DNA of 47,233 bases from Coleofasciculus chthonoplastes F2-STO-03 (GTDB taxonomy: Bacteria > Cyanobacteriota > Cyanobacteriia > Cyanobacteriales > Coleofasciculaceae): positions 1 through 47,233 of the forward strand of contig JAVJWO010000154.1 in NCBI GenBank assembly GCA_040222015.1. Reading direction: 5' to 3'. Below are positions 19,022 through 29,837 of this stretch, in pieces. How positions within the stretch are numbered: the first letter of the stretch is position 1; each line of letters opens with the position of its first letter. The notes beneath the pieces are model-generated. The model was not told the DNA's origin, did not search any database, and saw nothing but the letters and a program-made list of their open reading frames with translations. The position numbers and the translations under genes were made by a program.

Positions 19022-19284
19022 GACTTAGTAAAGTCTATAGATTTAGACATTTACTTAGTACAAGTGCCCGTGTCTTCATCCGGATTTACGATAGAAAAAC
19101 AGATAATGATTCCAAGATTGGCAATTTACCCCGCTTTTCACCGCTTTTCTGGCTTTTGGGTTATCTTTGCCAATCTGAACGAGAGCTTACAGGCTTTTTG
19201 TAGATGTAGCGACCCATCGCGCCTGCAAGCCTAACAAGCCTTAACCCAACTCGGCTTAAGGCTTAATCGATAATCGATAATCGA

Positions 19285-19608
19285 TTACAGATACTTTTCT
19301 AGAGTGTTTGCTAGCGTCGTTTTCGGAACTGCGCCCACAACCATATCGACTCGATCCCCTCCTTTAAAAATCATTAAGGTAGGAATGCTGCGAATCCCAT
19401 ACTGACTGGCTACATTAGGATTTTCGTCAGTGTTGAGCTTCACAACTTTAATCTGACCTTCGTACTGTTGGGCGATTTCATCGACCACAGGGGCGACCAT
19501 CCGACATGGACCACACCAAGGTGCCCAAAAATCCACTAAAACGGGAACGTCACTATCTAGGACGTCTTGCTTAAAACTGGCGTCTGTAACTGCTACGGCT
19601 GTTGACAT
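19285..19608 (-). CDS. trxA: Thioredoxin (m-type)
   Basis: [18 protein letters not shown]. Confidence 0.97.
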   Translation of the reverse strand: MSTAVAVTDASFKQDVLDSDVPVLVDFWAPWCGPCRMVAPVVDEIAQQYEGQIKVVKLNTDENPNVASQYGIRSIPTLMIFKGGDRVDMVVGAVPKTTLANTLEKYL

Positions 19609-19769
19609 GCCTGGAAATCCTTGCGTGTACTATTTTCTATGTGTCTTGGGATATTTTACCACAGAGAAAACTGAGCGTTCCCTTGCCAAAAAAGTATATA
19701 TTTAGACATAAATTTTCACATTTCATCCCTTAAGATGTTAAACTGCCCTGACATTGGGGCTTAACCGCC

Positions 19770-19837
19770 AAAAAGGAACCGCCCGAACTCAGTCCGGGCG
19801 GAGTGTGGTGTGAGGAGTGAACGGAATTTCTTCCGTC
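19770..19837 (-). ncRNA. yfr1: Yfr1 small RNA
   Basis: ACTCCTCACAC undecamer (19808-19818, minus strand) between a 5' hairpin and a GC hairpin + U-tract terminator; canonical guaB-trxA location; TAACAT -10 upstream. Confidence 0.93.
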
Positions 19838-19894
19838 TTTTCCATGTTAACTTACATCAGTGGGGTTTGGGGTAGTTTATCAACCCCACAAATT

Positions 19895-21058
19895 TTATTT
19901 GCCCATTCCCAACTGCTGCGCTTTCTGGTAAACTTTCCCTTCTGTCAGCAAGGATGGCGCAATCACGACCTCCACTTGCTGCATTTCTTTCAAGTTCTTA
20001 GCGCCCAAGGTTCCCATACTGGTTTTCAGCGCACCTAAAAGATTATGAGTGCCATCATCGAGTTGGGCTGGTCCAATCAGAATTTCTTGTAATGTTCCTG
20101 TACTTCCCACCTGAATGCGCGTTCCTCGAGGCAGAACCGGGCTAGGGGTTGCCATTCCCCAGTGAAACCCTCGTCCGGGGGCTTCTTTAGCACGAGCCAG
20201 CGGAGAGCCAATCATCACCGCATCTGCGCCACAAGCGATACATTTACAGATATCTCCCCCGGTAATTAACCCACCATCAGCAATAACTGGCACATAATTA
20301 CCTGTCTCTTGATGATAGTCGTCACGGGCAGCCGCACAATCCGCCACCGCCGTCGCCTGGGGAACTCCCACACCCAGAACTCCCCGCGAGGTACAAGCCG
20401 CACCGGGACCAATTCCCACTAAAACAGCCGCCGCACCTGCTTTCATTAAGTTCAGGGCAACTTCGTAGGTGACACAATTGCCCAAAACCACGGGCATTGG
20501 CATATCCTGGCAGAACTGGGCTAAATCTAGGGGGGTGACTGACTCTGGTGACAGGTGAGCCGTGGACACCACAGTGGCTTGTATGAAGAATAAATCAGCA
20601 CCCCCTGAGGCGACAATTTCACCGTATTTCATCGCGCCAGCAGGCGTCGCACTCACCGCCGCAATTCCACCTTGGTCTTTGATTTCCTGAATTCGCTGGC
20701 TGATTAATTCCGGTTTAATCGGTTCGGCATACAACTCCTGCATCAGATTAACGAATTCTGACTTACCCACCGAGGTAATTCGCTCTAATATCGGATTAGG
20801 GTCAGCATAACGGGTTTGAATGCCTTCGAGGTTCAGCACCCCTAGCGCTCCCATCTCAGATAGGATCACTGCCATTCGCACATCGATCACGCCATCCATT
20901 GCACTGGCAATGATCGGAATTTCTCGTTCGATGCTCCCCAAACGCCAACGGGTGTCTGCCAAATTAGGGTCTAGCGTCCGTTGTCCGGGGACTAGTGCGA
21001 TTTCATCGATTCCGTAGGCTCTGCGAGCTGTCTTACCTCGCCCAATTTGAATATCCAC
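19895..21058 (-). CDS. guaB: IMP dehydrogenase (GuaB3-type, no CBS domains)
   Basis: [12 protein letters not shown] catalytic loop; IADGG; WGMA. Confidence 0.93.
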   Translation of the reverse strand: MDIQIGRGKTARRAYGIDEIALVPGQRTLDPNLADTRWRLGSIEREIPIIASAMDGVIDVRMAVILSEMGALGVLNLEGIQTRYADPNPILERITSVGKSEFVNLMQELYAEPIKPELISQRIQEIKDQGGIAAVSATPAGAMKYGEIVASGGADLFFIQATVVSTAHLSPESVTPLDLAQFCQDMPMPVVLGNCVTYEVALNLMKAGAAAVLVGIGPGAACTSRGVLGVGVPQATAVADCAAARDDYHQETGNYVPVIADGGLITGGDICKCIACGADAVMIGSPLARAKEAPGRGFHWGMATPSPVLPRGTRIQVGSTGTLQEILIGPAQLDDGTHNLLGALKTSMGTLGAKNLKEMQQVEVVIAPSLLTEGKVYQKAQQLGMGK

Positions 21059-21111
21059 GCTTCTCTACTCGTTCCCAAGACTATTTAAGCTAGGGTATCA
21101 AATTTTGTTCT

Positions 21112-21228
21112 TTGTCATTCGTCATTTGTCATTGGTCATTCGTCATTCGTCATTTGTCATTCGTCATTTGCTTCCCTAGCTCCCCCAGCTCCCTCTGCTC
21201 CCTCTGCTCCCTCTGCTCCCCCTGCACC
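21112..21228 (-). repeat. STRR heptamers (TGACAAA/TGACGAA) plus 9-mer CAGAGGGAG-type tandem repeats
   Basis: Directly visible between the flotillin gene and guaB. Confidence 0.9.
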
Positions 21229-21234
21229 TTTGCC

Positions 21235-23286
21235 TCAACTGTGACGAGTTCTGGGGTCTTCGCGATCGCTCTTTGCCCCAGATGCACGATGGGGTGGCGT
21301 AGAACCCTCATCACTCTTAATCTGAGACGGTTCGACAAGTTTCGCTGCTGAGGACGAGGGTTGTCGTTGTCCAGGAGATTTTGACGGAGGAGGGGCTGGC
21401 GGTGTTTGCCGCTTGACTAAGGCTTGAGTCTCCAGTTCGGCTGAGGACTCTGGGGTATTATGGCTTTCATTCCCTCCATTTTGGCTGGGATTATTTCGCA
21501 CCAACTGACTCACCTGACCAATTAACTTTCCCAGCTTCCCTTCATCCAGAAGTGTGTTGATTAAGGATAAGCCACTGGTCGAGAGTAAGAGTTTGTTAAT
21601 ATCACCCATGCCATTCCCATGACCATTACCATTACTACCATTCATCCCGGGGAACGCAAAAATTCGGGTATCGCCTAAAATTCCCGGTTGTGGCGCTAAG
21701 GCTTTGGCGATTTCTGGCAGTTTGTCTACCAAACCGGGCCAAATTGTGGTCAGCACTTGGGCGCTTAACTTGGAGTCACTCAACGTATTCTCGGCTTCAA
21801 TGATTGCCCGTTTCCCTTCAGCTTCAGCCAGGGCTTTATCCCGATTCGCTTGGGCTAAGGTGCGAATGGAGTCGGCTTCTAATTCTGCCGCTTGACGGGC
21901 AATTTCCGCTTGACGACGACGGCGGAAGACATCAATCTCAACCACGTTTTGGTCAGCAATCCGCCGCTTTTCTGCCTCTTGTTCCGCTGTAATCAGGGAT
22001 AGGCGTTTTTCCCGTTCTGCTTTTTCAATCTCCGTAGCCGTAACCACACCCGATTCCGCTTCAGCGCGTTCGGCTTCTGATACAAAGCGTTCCCGTTCTT
22101 TATTGGCGATCGCGATCGCGGCTTCCTGTTTCGCGACTTTCGACAAGCGTTCGGCTTCAGCTACCCGAACTTGGGCTTCTAGGCGGGAGGAATCGACGGT
22201 TTGTTGACGGGTAATTTCAGCAATTTCTGCTTCCTGTTTTTGCAAGGTTTGGGCGACTTTTAGCTGTTTATTCCGTTCCTCTAGGGCAATATCAGCTTGA
22301 ATTTGGTTTTCTTGAACCGAGAGTTTGCGGCGAATTTCTTCTTCTTCAACGGACTTATCTTGTAAAATCTTCGTCCGTTGTACGGTGGCGGCTTCTCGGT
22401 CTTTGGCTTCTTGAATTTCCCGTTGTCGCTGGGATTTTAGGGATTCAACCTCTAGTTGTTGTCCTAGTGACGCTTCTTCTTTTTCTTTGACGATTCGCAG
22501 GGATTGCTTTTCGGCATCAAGTTCCTGCTGTTCAATTCTTACCTGGGTACTCAGTTCAACTTCCCGTTTTTGTTGGATGGAGCGTTGAATGGTTTCGGTT
22601 CGCAGGCGTACCCCTTGGGCATCGAAGAAGTTATTGGTATCGTATATATCGCTTTCTTCGATCTCAGAAATGGCGATATTATTCAGGGTTAAGCCAACTT
22701 TTTTTAGATCCGGCTGAATCAGATTCAAGACTTCATCGGCAAATCCAAGTTTATCCGAATCAATTTCCGGTAAACTCTTCTTCTTCGCAGCGGCTCGAAT
22801 TGCATCATCTGCTCGTTTTTCTAGGGCTTCTTTAATATCCTCCGTAGAAACTCGTCCTTGTTTCGAGAGTCGGGCAGCAGCGATTAACACATCCTCTTGA
22901 TCGGCATTGATACAGACATAAAAGGTTGCCCGCATATTTGCCCGCAGGTAGTCTTGAGTCCGCACGGCTAGATTTCCGGTCCGTTCCACATCAATGGAAA
23001 TTTCCCGTAAGGGGACACGGGTCAGTTCATGAAAACCGGGTAAAACGATACAACCGCCATAAAGAATAACGGATTTCTTTTTGACGAACAATCCGCCCGT
23101 TCTGACAAATGCTTCGTTATTGGGAGTGATTTTATAAATCAGTTTGTACGACCATAAGCCGGCGAGAAGCAATACAATGAGTGCGCCAATCAAACCGGGA
23201 AAAAAGAGAATACCACTGGGAAGTTGTGCCAGGGTAGAGGATACTGGGACAGGCTGGGACGTTGAGGAAGTAGATGATTGTGACAT
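21235..23286 (-). CDS. Flotillin family (SPFH/band 7) protein
   Basis: N-terminal TM, PNNEAFVRTGG, DTNNFFDAQG, long EA-rich coiled coil. Confidence 0.92.
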   Translation of the reverse strand: MSQSSTSSTSQPVPVSSTLAQLPSGILFFPGLIGALIVLLLAGLWSYKLIYKITPNNEAFVRTGGLFVKKKSVILYGGCIVLPGFHELTRVPLREISIDVERTGNLAVRTQDYLRANMRATFYVCINADQEDVLIAAARLSKQGRVSTEDIKEALEKRADDAIRAAAKKKSLPEIDSDKLGFADEVLNLIQPDLKKVGLTLNNIAISEIEESDIYDTNNFFDAQGVRLRTETIQRSIQQKREVELSTQVRIEQQELDAEKQSLRIVKEKEEASLGQQLEVESLKSQRQREIQEAKDREAATVQRTKILQDKSVEEEEIRRKLSVQENQIQADIALEERNKQLKVAQTLQKQEAEIAEITRQQTVDSSRLEAQVRVAEAERLSKVAKQEAAIAIANKERERFVSEAERAEAESGVVTATEIEKAEREKRLSLITAEQEAEKRRIADQNVVEIDVFRRRRQAEIARQAAELEADSIRTLAQANRDKALAEAEGKRAIIEAENTLSDSKLSAQVLTTIWPGLVDKLPEIAKALAPQPGILGDTRIFAFPGMNGSNGNGHGNGMGDINKLLLSTSGLSLINTLLDEGKLGKLIGQVSQLVRNNPSQNGGNESHNTPESSAELETQALVKRQTPPAPPPSKSPGQRQPSSSAAKLVEPSQIKSDEGSTPPHRASGAKSDREDPRTRHS

Positions 23287-23407
23287 GGTAGTTAGCGATT
23301 AATACTCTATAGGTTTTATTAAAGCTTGGGAATCATACACATTTAAAGGTTGTGTAAAAAGAATCACATTTTGCTATAACCTTACACAAGGGTTGTGTAT
23401 GTATCTG

Positions 23408-24088
23408 TTAAGGTGAATCCTTAAGTTGGGGCGAATTAGACAACCATTGCTGTTGATCAGAACTATCTTTAGTAATCACCCGGTAGCTTTCTGGTTGTCG
23501 TTCAATGACTAAGACGTAATTACCGCGATTGGGAATAACTTTTGCCCATTGAGGAAGGGTGGCATTAATCGTCACCAGATTACCACTGGGATCGATAACA
23601 TCCACTTGACCGATTTTGCCTTGGCTTTCCAGGGGAATTGAAGTGGTACTGACAGTACCCTGGCAACCAATTAAGCGATCGCCACTGGTATCTTCACCAA
23701 AGGCGGCGAAAATTTTACCCAAGGGTCGAGAAATTAAGCTACCACTGAATAAACTCAGCAGCAGGGATGCGCCGCCGACGACACCACCGAATAAACCTGT
23801 GGGAATCGTACCCGTGACATTCGCGATCGCCACATTAATCATCCAGCCGAACACTCCTACCAGACAACAGTCAGTGGCGAGTAACAAAATCAGGGGGACT
23901 TTACCCACACCGAGAAAACTGAACATTGATCCCATGGCAAAATCGCCATCGGCATCCACATCGGCATCCGCATCGGCATCGATATCAAAATCATCATCAC
24001 CACCACCGGAGACAATGACAACGAGAAATAAGAGGATGCCCATCCCTAGGAAAATCCAGTAAGGCAGGTTAAGCAGGTTGAATAGCAT
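23408..24088 (-). CDS. YqiJ/NfeD-like membrane protein with OB-fold (flotillin partner)
   Basis: N-terminal TM, acidic DADAD linker, LGVGKVPL motif, C-terminal OB-like region; directly upstream of flotillin. Confidence 0.85.
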   Translation of the reverse strand: MLFNLLNLPYWIFLGMGILLFLVVIVSGGGDDDFDIDADADADVDADGDFAMGSMFSFLGVGKVPLILLLATDCCLVGVFGWMINVAIANVTGTIPTGLFGGVVGGASLLLSLFSGSLISRPLGKIFAAFGEDTSGDRLIGCQGTVSTTSIPLESQGKIGQVDVIDPSGNLVTINATLPQWAKVIPNRGNYVLVIERQPESYRVITKDSSDQQQWLSNSPQLKDSP

Positions 24089-24261
24089 GGATCGAGGTAG
24101 CGATCGCGACTGTAGCGGGACGCTCTATTAACGGATATTCTCAGACTAGCGAGGAATGAACAAAATGGTTTCACCCCGCTAAGATACTTAACGTTTTGCT
24201 CGCCCAAAAGAATTCCTGGCGAAACAGACACATCGGGATGAGATAGGCTATAATCCCTAAT

Positions 24262-24288
24262 GTAGAGACGTACCATGGTACGTCTCTA
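24262..24288. repeat. REP palindrome in the tRNA-Cys leader
   Basis: GTAGAGACGTACCATGGTACGTCTCTA. Confidence 0.9.
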
Positions 24289-24295
24289 AAAATGC

Positions 24296-24366
24296 GGCGG
24301 CATAGCCAAGCGGTAAGGCAGGGGCCTGCAAAGCCTTTATCCCCAGTTCGAATCTGGGTGCCGCCT
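24296..24366 (+). tRNA. trnC: tRNA-Cys(GCA)
   Basis: Acceptor stem GGCGGCA/TGCCGCC; anticodon loop CTGCAAA; TTCGAAT T-loop; CCA not encoded. Confidence 0.97.
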
Positions 24367-24631
24367 TTTTGGAAAAGGTAATCTCTATTGTGTTCGTACC
24401 CCAACCTGGGCGGGTGGCGTGCAATTAGGGGTTTGGGTCAGGTGCAATATAGGAGCTTTCCTACCCAATATTGACGAAGGAGTATTCAAAGCCTCTCTCC
24501 TTGCAGGATACTGCTGGCTTATGTCTGATGAACGCAAACAAGGTTGAGCGTCTCCCCAATACAGTCTTGCCTCAAGATACGATAACCTGTACTAGAATAG
24601 CCAAACCCTTACCCGCTTGCCTCAGCTAGCC

Positions 24632-26968
24632 ATGACTGAATCGACTGACTTCCTGACGCACCTTAATCCCTCTCAACGTCGCGCCGTCGAACATTTCTGT
24701 GGTCCCTTGCTGGTTGTGGCAGGGGCGGGTTCGGGTAAGACGAGGGCATTAACCTATCGCATTGCCAATCTGATTCTCACCCATAAAGTCGATCCGGAAA
24801 ACATTTTAGCGGTTACCTTCACCAATAAAGCCGCACGGGAGATGAAATCCCGGATTGAAACCCTATTCGCCCAGCAACTGGCTGTCCAAACGCGGGGTCA
24901 GCGTTTGGAGTTACTCCCAGAACTTGAACAAACCCAGTTGCGATCGCGGGTCTATAAAAAATACATCAAACCCCTGTGGATTGGTACGTTTCACAGTCTA
25001 TTTGCCCGGATTCTCCGCTATGACATCAACAAATATACCGATGAAAAAGGACGCCAATGGAAGCGTAATTTTTCCATCTTTGACGAATCCGACGCCCAGA
25101 CGCTGGTAAAAACCATCGTCACCAAACAATTAAATCTAGACGATAAAAAATTTAATCCCCGTACCATTCGCTACGTGATTAGCAATGCCAAAAACTTAGG
25201 CTTATCGCCCCAAGCCTTTGAAAAAGAGCAGTCTGGTTATAAAGGGCGACTCTATGCTGAAGTGTATCACCATTATCAAGACCAGTTAGCCGCGAACAAT
25301 GCCCTGGATTTCGACGATCTGATTTTAGTCCCCGTTAAACTCTTCCAACAAAACGAATCCGTTCTGGGATATTGGCACAATCAATTTCGTCATATTTTAG
25401 TGGATGAGTATCAAGATACAAACCGGATTCAGTACGAACTGATACACCTATTAACCACAAACGGTGAAACTGAAAAAACGCAATGGGATTGGCGCGATCG
25501 CTCGGTGTTTGTCGTCGGTGATGCAGACCAATCCATATACTCATTTAGGATGGCAGATTTCACCATCTTATTGGGATTTCAGGAAGACTTTGGTGATGGG
25601 TTGCCGGATGAAACGACCCGCACTATGGTGAAATTAGAGGAAAATTATCGCTCGCGCGAAAATATTCTTCAAGCGGCTAATTATTTAATTGAACAGAATA
25701 CTCAGCGAATTGACAAAATTCTCAGACCCACACGCGGTTTAGGGGAAGTCATTTACTGTCATCAAGCCGACGATGAGTTAGAAGAGGCTCATTTTGTAGT
25801 TCAACAAATCCTGAAACTGAATCAACAAAACCCAGAACTAGGCTGGGGCAGTTTTGCGATTCTTTATCGGACGAATGCCCAATCTCGCCCGTTAGAAGAT
25901 GCGCTGCGAGGTCGAGTACATTATGTGATTATCGGAGGATTGAAGTTCTATGATCGCAAAGAGGTTAAAGATGCCTTGGGTTATCTGAGAACCATTGCCA
26001 ATCCCAGCGATACCGTCAGTTTATTGCGGATTATCAATACACCACGCCGGGGTATTGGTAAAGCCACAATTGATAATTTAGTGCTTGCCGCTCAAGAATT
26101 GGGAACTCCCCTCTGGGAAATTATCCGGGATGAAACCTCGGTTAATACAATTGCGGGACGTTCGGCTAAAGCGGTTAATAAGTTTGCCCAATTGATTAAG
26201 CAGTGCCAAGAGAATACGGAAAACTTAGAAGCCGCAGAAATTATTAAGTTTATCATGGAGGAATCGGGATATACTGATGACCTAAAAAATCAAGGCACAG
26301 ATGAAGCGGAAAACCGATTGGCAAATATCCATGAACTCTATAATGCTATCGTTGAATTCCAAGAAGAAAATGAAGATAGCAGCTTAGAAGGGTTTCTGGC
26401 AAATGCGTCTCTGGCGTCTGACTTAGATAATTTGGAAGATGGGCAACAAGCGGTATCGTTAATGACGCTGCACTCGGCTAAAGGATTAGAGTTTCCGGTT
26501 GTTTTTCTAGTTGGTTTAGAACAAGGACTTTTTCCCCATAACCGGACGATAGATGACCCTGTCGCTTTAGAAGAAGAACGTCGCCTCTGTTATGTCGGGA
26601 TTACTCGCGCCCAAGAACAACTCTTTCTTTCCCACGCCTGTGAACGTCGTCTCTATGGGTATCGTGAACCGGCGGTTCGGTCTCAGTTTTTGGATGAGTT
26701 ACCCGAAGACTTAATTAGCAGTACTTTGGTGAAAGTAAAACAGCAAACGCCTTCTGCCTCAACAGAAAAGTCATCAAAACCCTCTAGTTCAACGGCAAAA
26801 TCGAAAGAGTGGAAAAAAGGCGATTTACTGCGTCATGACACCTTTGGGATCGGAGAAGTGACTCATGTTTTTGGTTCAGGCAAGAAAGTTAGTATTGCGG
26901 TTAAGTTTCCCAGTTTGGGGCAGAAAATTCTTGACCCGAAGCGAACCAATATACAACGAGTGAATTAG
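24632..26968 (+). CDS. pcrA: DNA helicase PcrA/UvrD
   Basis: AGAGSGKT, TFTNKAA, VDEYQD, VGDADQSIY, MTLHSAKGLEF, EEERRLCYVGITRA, C-terminal Tudor-like domain; ATG at 24632 preferred. Confidence 0.96.
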   Translation: MTESTDFLTHLNPSQRRAVEHFCGPLLVVAGAGSGKTRALTYRIANLILTHKVDPENILAVTFTNKAAREMKSRIETLFAQQLAVQTRGQRLELLPELEQTQLRSRVYKKYIKPLWIGTFHSLFARILRYDINKYTDEKGRQWKRNFSIFDESDAQTLVKTIVTKQLNLDDKKFNPRTIRYVISNAKNLGLSPQAFEKEQSGYKGRLYAEVYHHYQDQLAANNALDFDDLILVPVKLFQQNESVLGYWHNQFRHILVDEYQDTNRIQYELIHLLTTNGETEKTQWDWRDRSVFVVGDADQSIYSFRMADFTILLGFQEDFGDGLPDETTRTMVKLEENYRSRENILQAANYLIEQNTQRIDKILRPTRGLGEVIYCHQADDELEEAHFVVQQILKLNQQNPELGWGSFAILYRTNAQSRPLEDALRGRVHYVIIGGLKFYDRKEVKDALGYLRTIANPSDTVSLLRIINTPRRGIGKATIDNLVLAAQELGTPLWEIIRDETSVNTIAGRSAKAVNKFAQLIKQCQENTENLEAAEIIKFIMEESGYTDDLKNQGTDEAENRLANIHELYNAIVEFQEENEDSSLEGFLANASLASDLDNLEDGQQAVSLMTLHSAKGLEFPVVFLVGLEQGLFPHNRTIDDPVALEEERRLCYVGITRAQEQLFLSHACERRLYGYREPAVRSQFLDELPEDLISSTLVKVKQQTPSASTEKSSKPSSSTAKSKEWKKGDLLRHDTFGIGEVTHVFGSGKKVSIAVKFPSLGQKILDPKRTNIQRVN

Positions 26969-26990
26969 TTGGGGAATAGGAAAATCAATG

Positions 26991-27052
26991 GTAGGGGCGG
27001 GTTTTACCGATAATATGCTCTTCAAAACTGGTAACTTATATAAACCCGCCCT
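26991..27052. repeat. REP element GTAGGGGCGGGTTT...AAACCCGCCCT
   Basis: Inverted termini; lies between convergent genes. Confidence 0.85.
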
Positions 27053-27111
27053 ATTTCCGGAATTGTTAATTAGTGCCAGCGAGTCGCCCCTACAGGAAAA
27101 CCAACGGTGTT

Positions 27112-28038
27112 TCAAGGTAATCGACGCCCTAAGGCGATCGCGATCGAACCAGAAACCACTAACATCGCCCCCAAAAGCCCTAACCCTGTCAACTGTTCTG
27201 GTGCAACCCATTTGGGGATAAAGCGCGAAGCCATCCAAACTGAACTTAATGTCACCAACGGTGTAAGTGCCAATACCGCACTCACTCGCGAGGCTTGCCA
27301 ATGTTCCAAGGCTTCTGCAAACGCCCCATAAGCAATCAGGGTATTTAACCCACAAAAGAGGAGTAAACTCAGGTGTAAGGGACTCAAACTGAGAAGGGAT
27401 TGCGGTGTCGTTAGTGGCGTGAACAATAAAGCACAGCCGCCATAAATTACCAGCATTATCGTCGTAGACGGTAATTTATGCAAAAGTTGTTTCTGTGCCA
27501 ATGCATAAATCGCCCAAGCTATAGCAGCTAAGACGATAATCATATTACCCAATAGATAGGTCGAGCGTGAGGTGATTACGACTTGGAATCGATCATGGAA
27601 AAATAGAGTAAATCCCAAAACCAGAATACCCACACCAATCCATTGACGCAGAGTGTAATGTTCTTTGAAAACCACCAAAGCGCCAAAACCAAAAAACATG
27701 GGGGCTAACTGAATCAATACTTGGGCATTTGTAGGAGACGTTTGCCCTAACCCTTGCAAAAATAGCAGGTAATTACCTCCTAAAAAAAGAGTCGCGATCG
27801 CGAATAGTCCCAGAGACGCTGAACGCAGTTGCTGTAATGACGGAAACTGTTGTCTTGTGGCTAAAAAAAGCGCCAGCAATCCAAAAGCAATCAGAAAACG
27901 AAACCAGGTGATTGTATATACATCCAACACCTGAAGAGTTATGGTTAGCGCTAGAGGTAGAATCCCCCACATAAATACAGTAATTAAAGATAGCGCTAAT
28001 CCCAAGCGCCAGCGACCCGAAGTTTGATGAAGTGACAT
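27112..28038 (-). CDS. DMT/EamA family transporter
   Basis: About 10 TM segments, two EamA repeats, TWFRF and AQVLIQLAP motifs. Confidence 0.92.
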   Translation of the reverse strand: MSLHQTSGRWRLGLALSLITVFMWGILPLALTITLQVLDVYTITWFRFLIAFGLLALFLATRQQFPSLQQLRSASLGLFAIATLFLGGNYLLFLQGLGQTSPTNAQVLIQLAPMFFGFGALVVFKEHYTLRQWIGVGILVLGFTLFFHDRFQVVITSRSTYLLGNMIIVLAAIAWAIYALAQKQLLHKLPSTTIMLVIYGGCALLFTPLTTPQSLLSLSPLHLSLLLFCGLNTLIAYGAFAEALEHWQASRVSAVLALTPLVTLSSVWMASRFIPKWVAPEQLTGLGLLGAMLVVSGSIAIALGRRLP

Positions 28039-28067
28039 GAATAACGTAAAAAAAAGTAAAAAGTCAT

Positions 28068-28162
28068 GTAGAGACGTGCCATGGCGCGTCTGCCAATTGT
28101 AGGGGCGGGTTTAGCCACTCAACTTGAATATCACCAATAACATTTAGAACAAAACCCGCCCT
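28068..28162. repeat. Adjacent REP elements of two families
   Basis: GTAGAGACGTGCCATGGCGCGTCT (28068) and GTAGGGGCGGGTTT...AAACCCGCCCT (28099-28162). Confidence 0.85.
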
Positions 28163-28230
28163 TTCCTAAATTGAAGGTATAGGCTGTAGCTTAACTTAAC
28201 ACTAATGCCAACCCCAATCCCCAATCCCGA

Positions 28231-29415
28231 TTAAAAGAAATCCGGCATCCAAGGTAATGAGCCAGAAAATAGTGAATTAGCTCTTGACAAACCTGCCACT
28301 GTACTATCCAAATACCCCATCCGTTGCAGTTGCTCAGGCGTAAATAAACTGGTAAACAGAGAAGCCAACGCCCTGACATGCAAACGGAATTCACCAGTCC
28401 CTCCGGGCGTGACTTTCCCGCGTCCCTGAGACACACTCAAGATAAAGTTACCATTATTTCTGGCAAATAATTCATCTTGAACTTGTAAATGTAATTCGGT
28501 TTCAATCTCTAAAGGATATCCTCGTTTTTCCAGCGCTTTCGGGACATCAAGAATCCGCAGCATCCAACGTTCTTGATCACGAATTTGAGCCGTTTGCTCC
28601 ACTAAGGGTAAGGTTAAACTATCCATCAAAGAACTGTACCAGCGCACTTGCCTCACCTGAGAACGATGATCCGAACAGAATGTCCAAAAACGCCGTGCGG
28701 CGGCTGGGGTAAGGAATGCCCAATCTTTAATATTCAGCAATAAGCCCTCAGCGTTTGAAGATTGGGTACAAATTACATAGCCTTCCGGTTGAGATTCAGC
28801 ACCGATAAGATAAGCATAAACCGACTGATCATTTGGTGCTTCAACCAGATTTTGCCAAATGGCTGGATTCCGATTTAAATTACCATTGGCGGTTTGTGCC
28901 TGTTGAGAATACAAGTCCTGAAAAATCTCGTAGCGTACAGGTTTCACCCTGAACATCGGTAAAGTGCGATCGCGCTTTTGAATCCTCTGGGTTGGTATCT
29001 GCCAACGACAGCGAATCCCTGCTTGTTCATAGCCGACTTTGCGATAGAGAACTTGGGTAGCCGCATAGAGGGTGGAAATGGGTACGCCTTGCTGATGAAG
29101 TTCCTGGAGTGTGCATTGCATCAGTTTATAAGCCGCCCCTGTACCTCGATACTCTGGGGCAATGCCAACGGCGGCAATTCCTGCCATGGGTATGGACTGA
29201 CCCCCGTACCATTGTCCCATGGTATAAATGGCTAAACCGCCAACAATCTTTTCCCCTTGACGGATGAGACGGAAATTATCTTGACCGATACGATTCAGGT
29301 AAACTTGCCAATTGTTTAGGGAACTACCAAAACATTGCGTCAGTAGTTCGCCAAGTTGTTCAGCTTCGTCTGCGTTGGAGATGCATCCATAATCAAGTTG
29401 AGCGCTGATAACCAT
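28231..29415 (-). CDS. Eis-like GNAT acetyltransferase with C-terminal SCP2-like domain
   Basis: VGIAPEYRGTGAA, LYRKVGYE, WMLRILDVPKALEKRGY, PWMPDFF C-terminus. Confidence 0.9.
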   Translation of the reverse strand: MVISAQLDYGCISNADEAEQLGELLTQCFGSSLNNWQVYLNRIGQDNFRLIRQGEKIVGGLAIYTMGQWYGGQSIPMAGIAAVGIAPEYRGTGAAYKLMQCTLQELHQQGVPISTLYAATQVLYRKVGYEQAGIRCRWQIPTQRIQKRDRTLPMFRVKPVRYEIFQDLYSQQAQTANGNLNRNPAIWQNLVEAPNDQSVYAYLIGAESQPEGYVICTQSSNAEGLLLNIKDWAFLTPAAARRFWTFCSDHRSQVRQVRWYSSLMDSLTLPLVEQTAQIRDQERWMLRILDVPKALEKRGYPLEIETELHLQVQDELFARNNGNFILSVSQGRGKVTPGGTGEFRLHVRALASLFTSLFTPEQLQRMGYLDSTVAGLSRANSLFSGSLPWMPDFF

Positions 29416-29518
29416 TTTGCACTCTCATAATACTGTTTGTATGTAATTGTAATACATTGTCGATAATTTCCTTGTCGGTTATGGATGAAAACCCTGTCGG
29501 GACGGATTTAGATGCTTT

Positions 29519-29656
29519 TAAGCTGTCATGCATTTAAATTGGGTATGAGTAGCGAGCAAGATGCAAAGCCTGCGGCATGGCTTCGCTTAACGCACTACAT
29601 AGAAGGATTTCACCATTATTGACATTGACATTAAGGTTTAAATGCCGAACAGCTTA
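29519..29656. mobile_element. MITE with TA target duplication, nested inside a REP element (29496-29697)
   Basis: TAAGCTGT...GCATTTAAA / TTTAAATGC...ACAGCTTA terminal inverted repeats. Confidence 0.75.
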
Positions 29657-29837
29657 TCCAGCATATTGCCGATAACATGGCATAAAAAACCCGCCCTTGC
29701 ACAAATTGCCGCGTGAAAGCGCTTCTGAGGAGATTAATCAAAAAAATGTTATCAATGGTGACAATTGTCACAGGACTAGAATAACTTATGATATTTTTTC
29801 CGGTTCAACGATACCAGATCCAGTCGGCGGCGTTAGG

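Noticed and set aside
21112..21351. ORFs MSFVICHW... and ...EQREQRE
   Set aside because: STRR translations.
26876..27355. 159-aa minus-strand ORF and overlapping small ORFs
   Set aside because: Overlap pcrA, the REP element and the EamA gene in alternative frames.
29439..29456. Possible NtcA site upstream of the Eis-like gene
   Set aside because: Spacing is GTA-N7-TAC, not N8.
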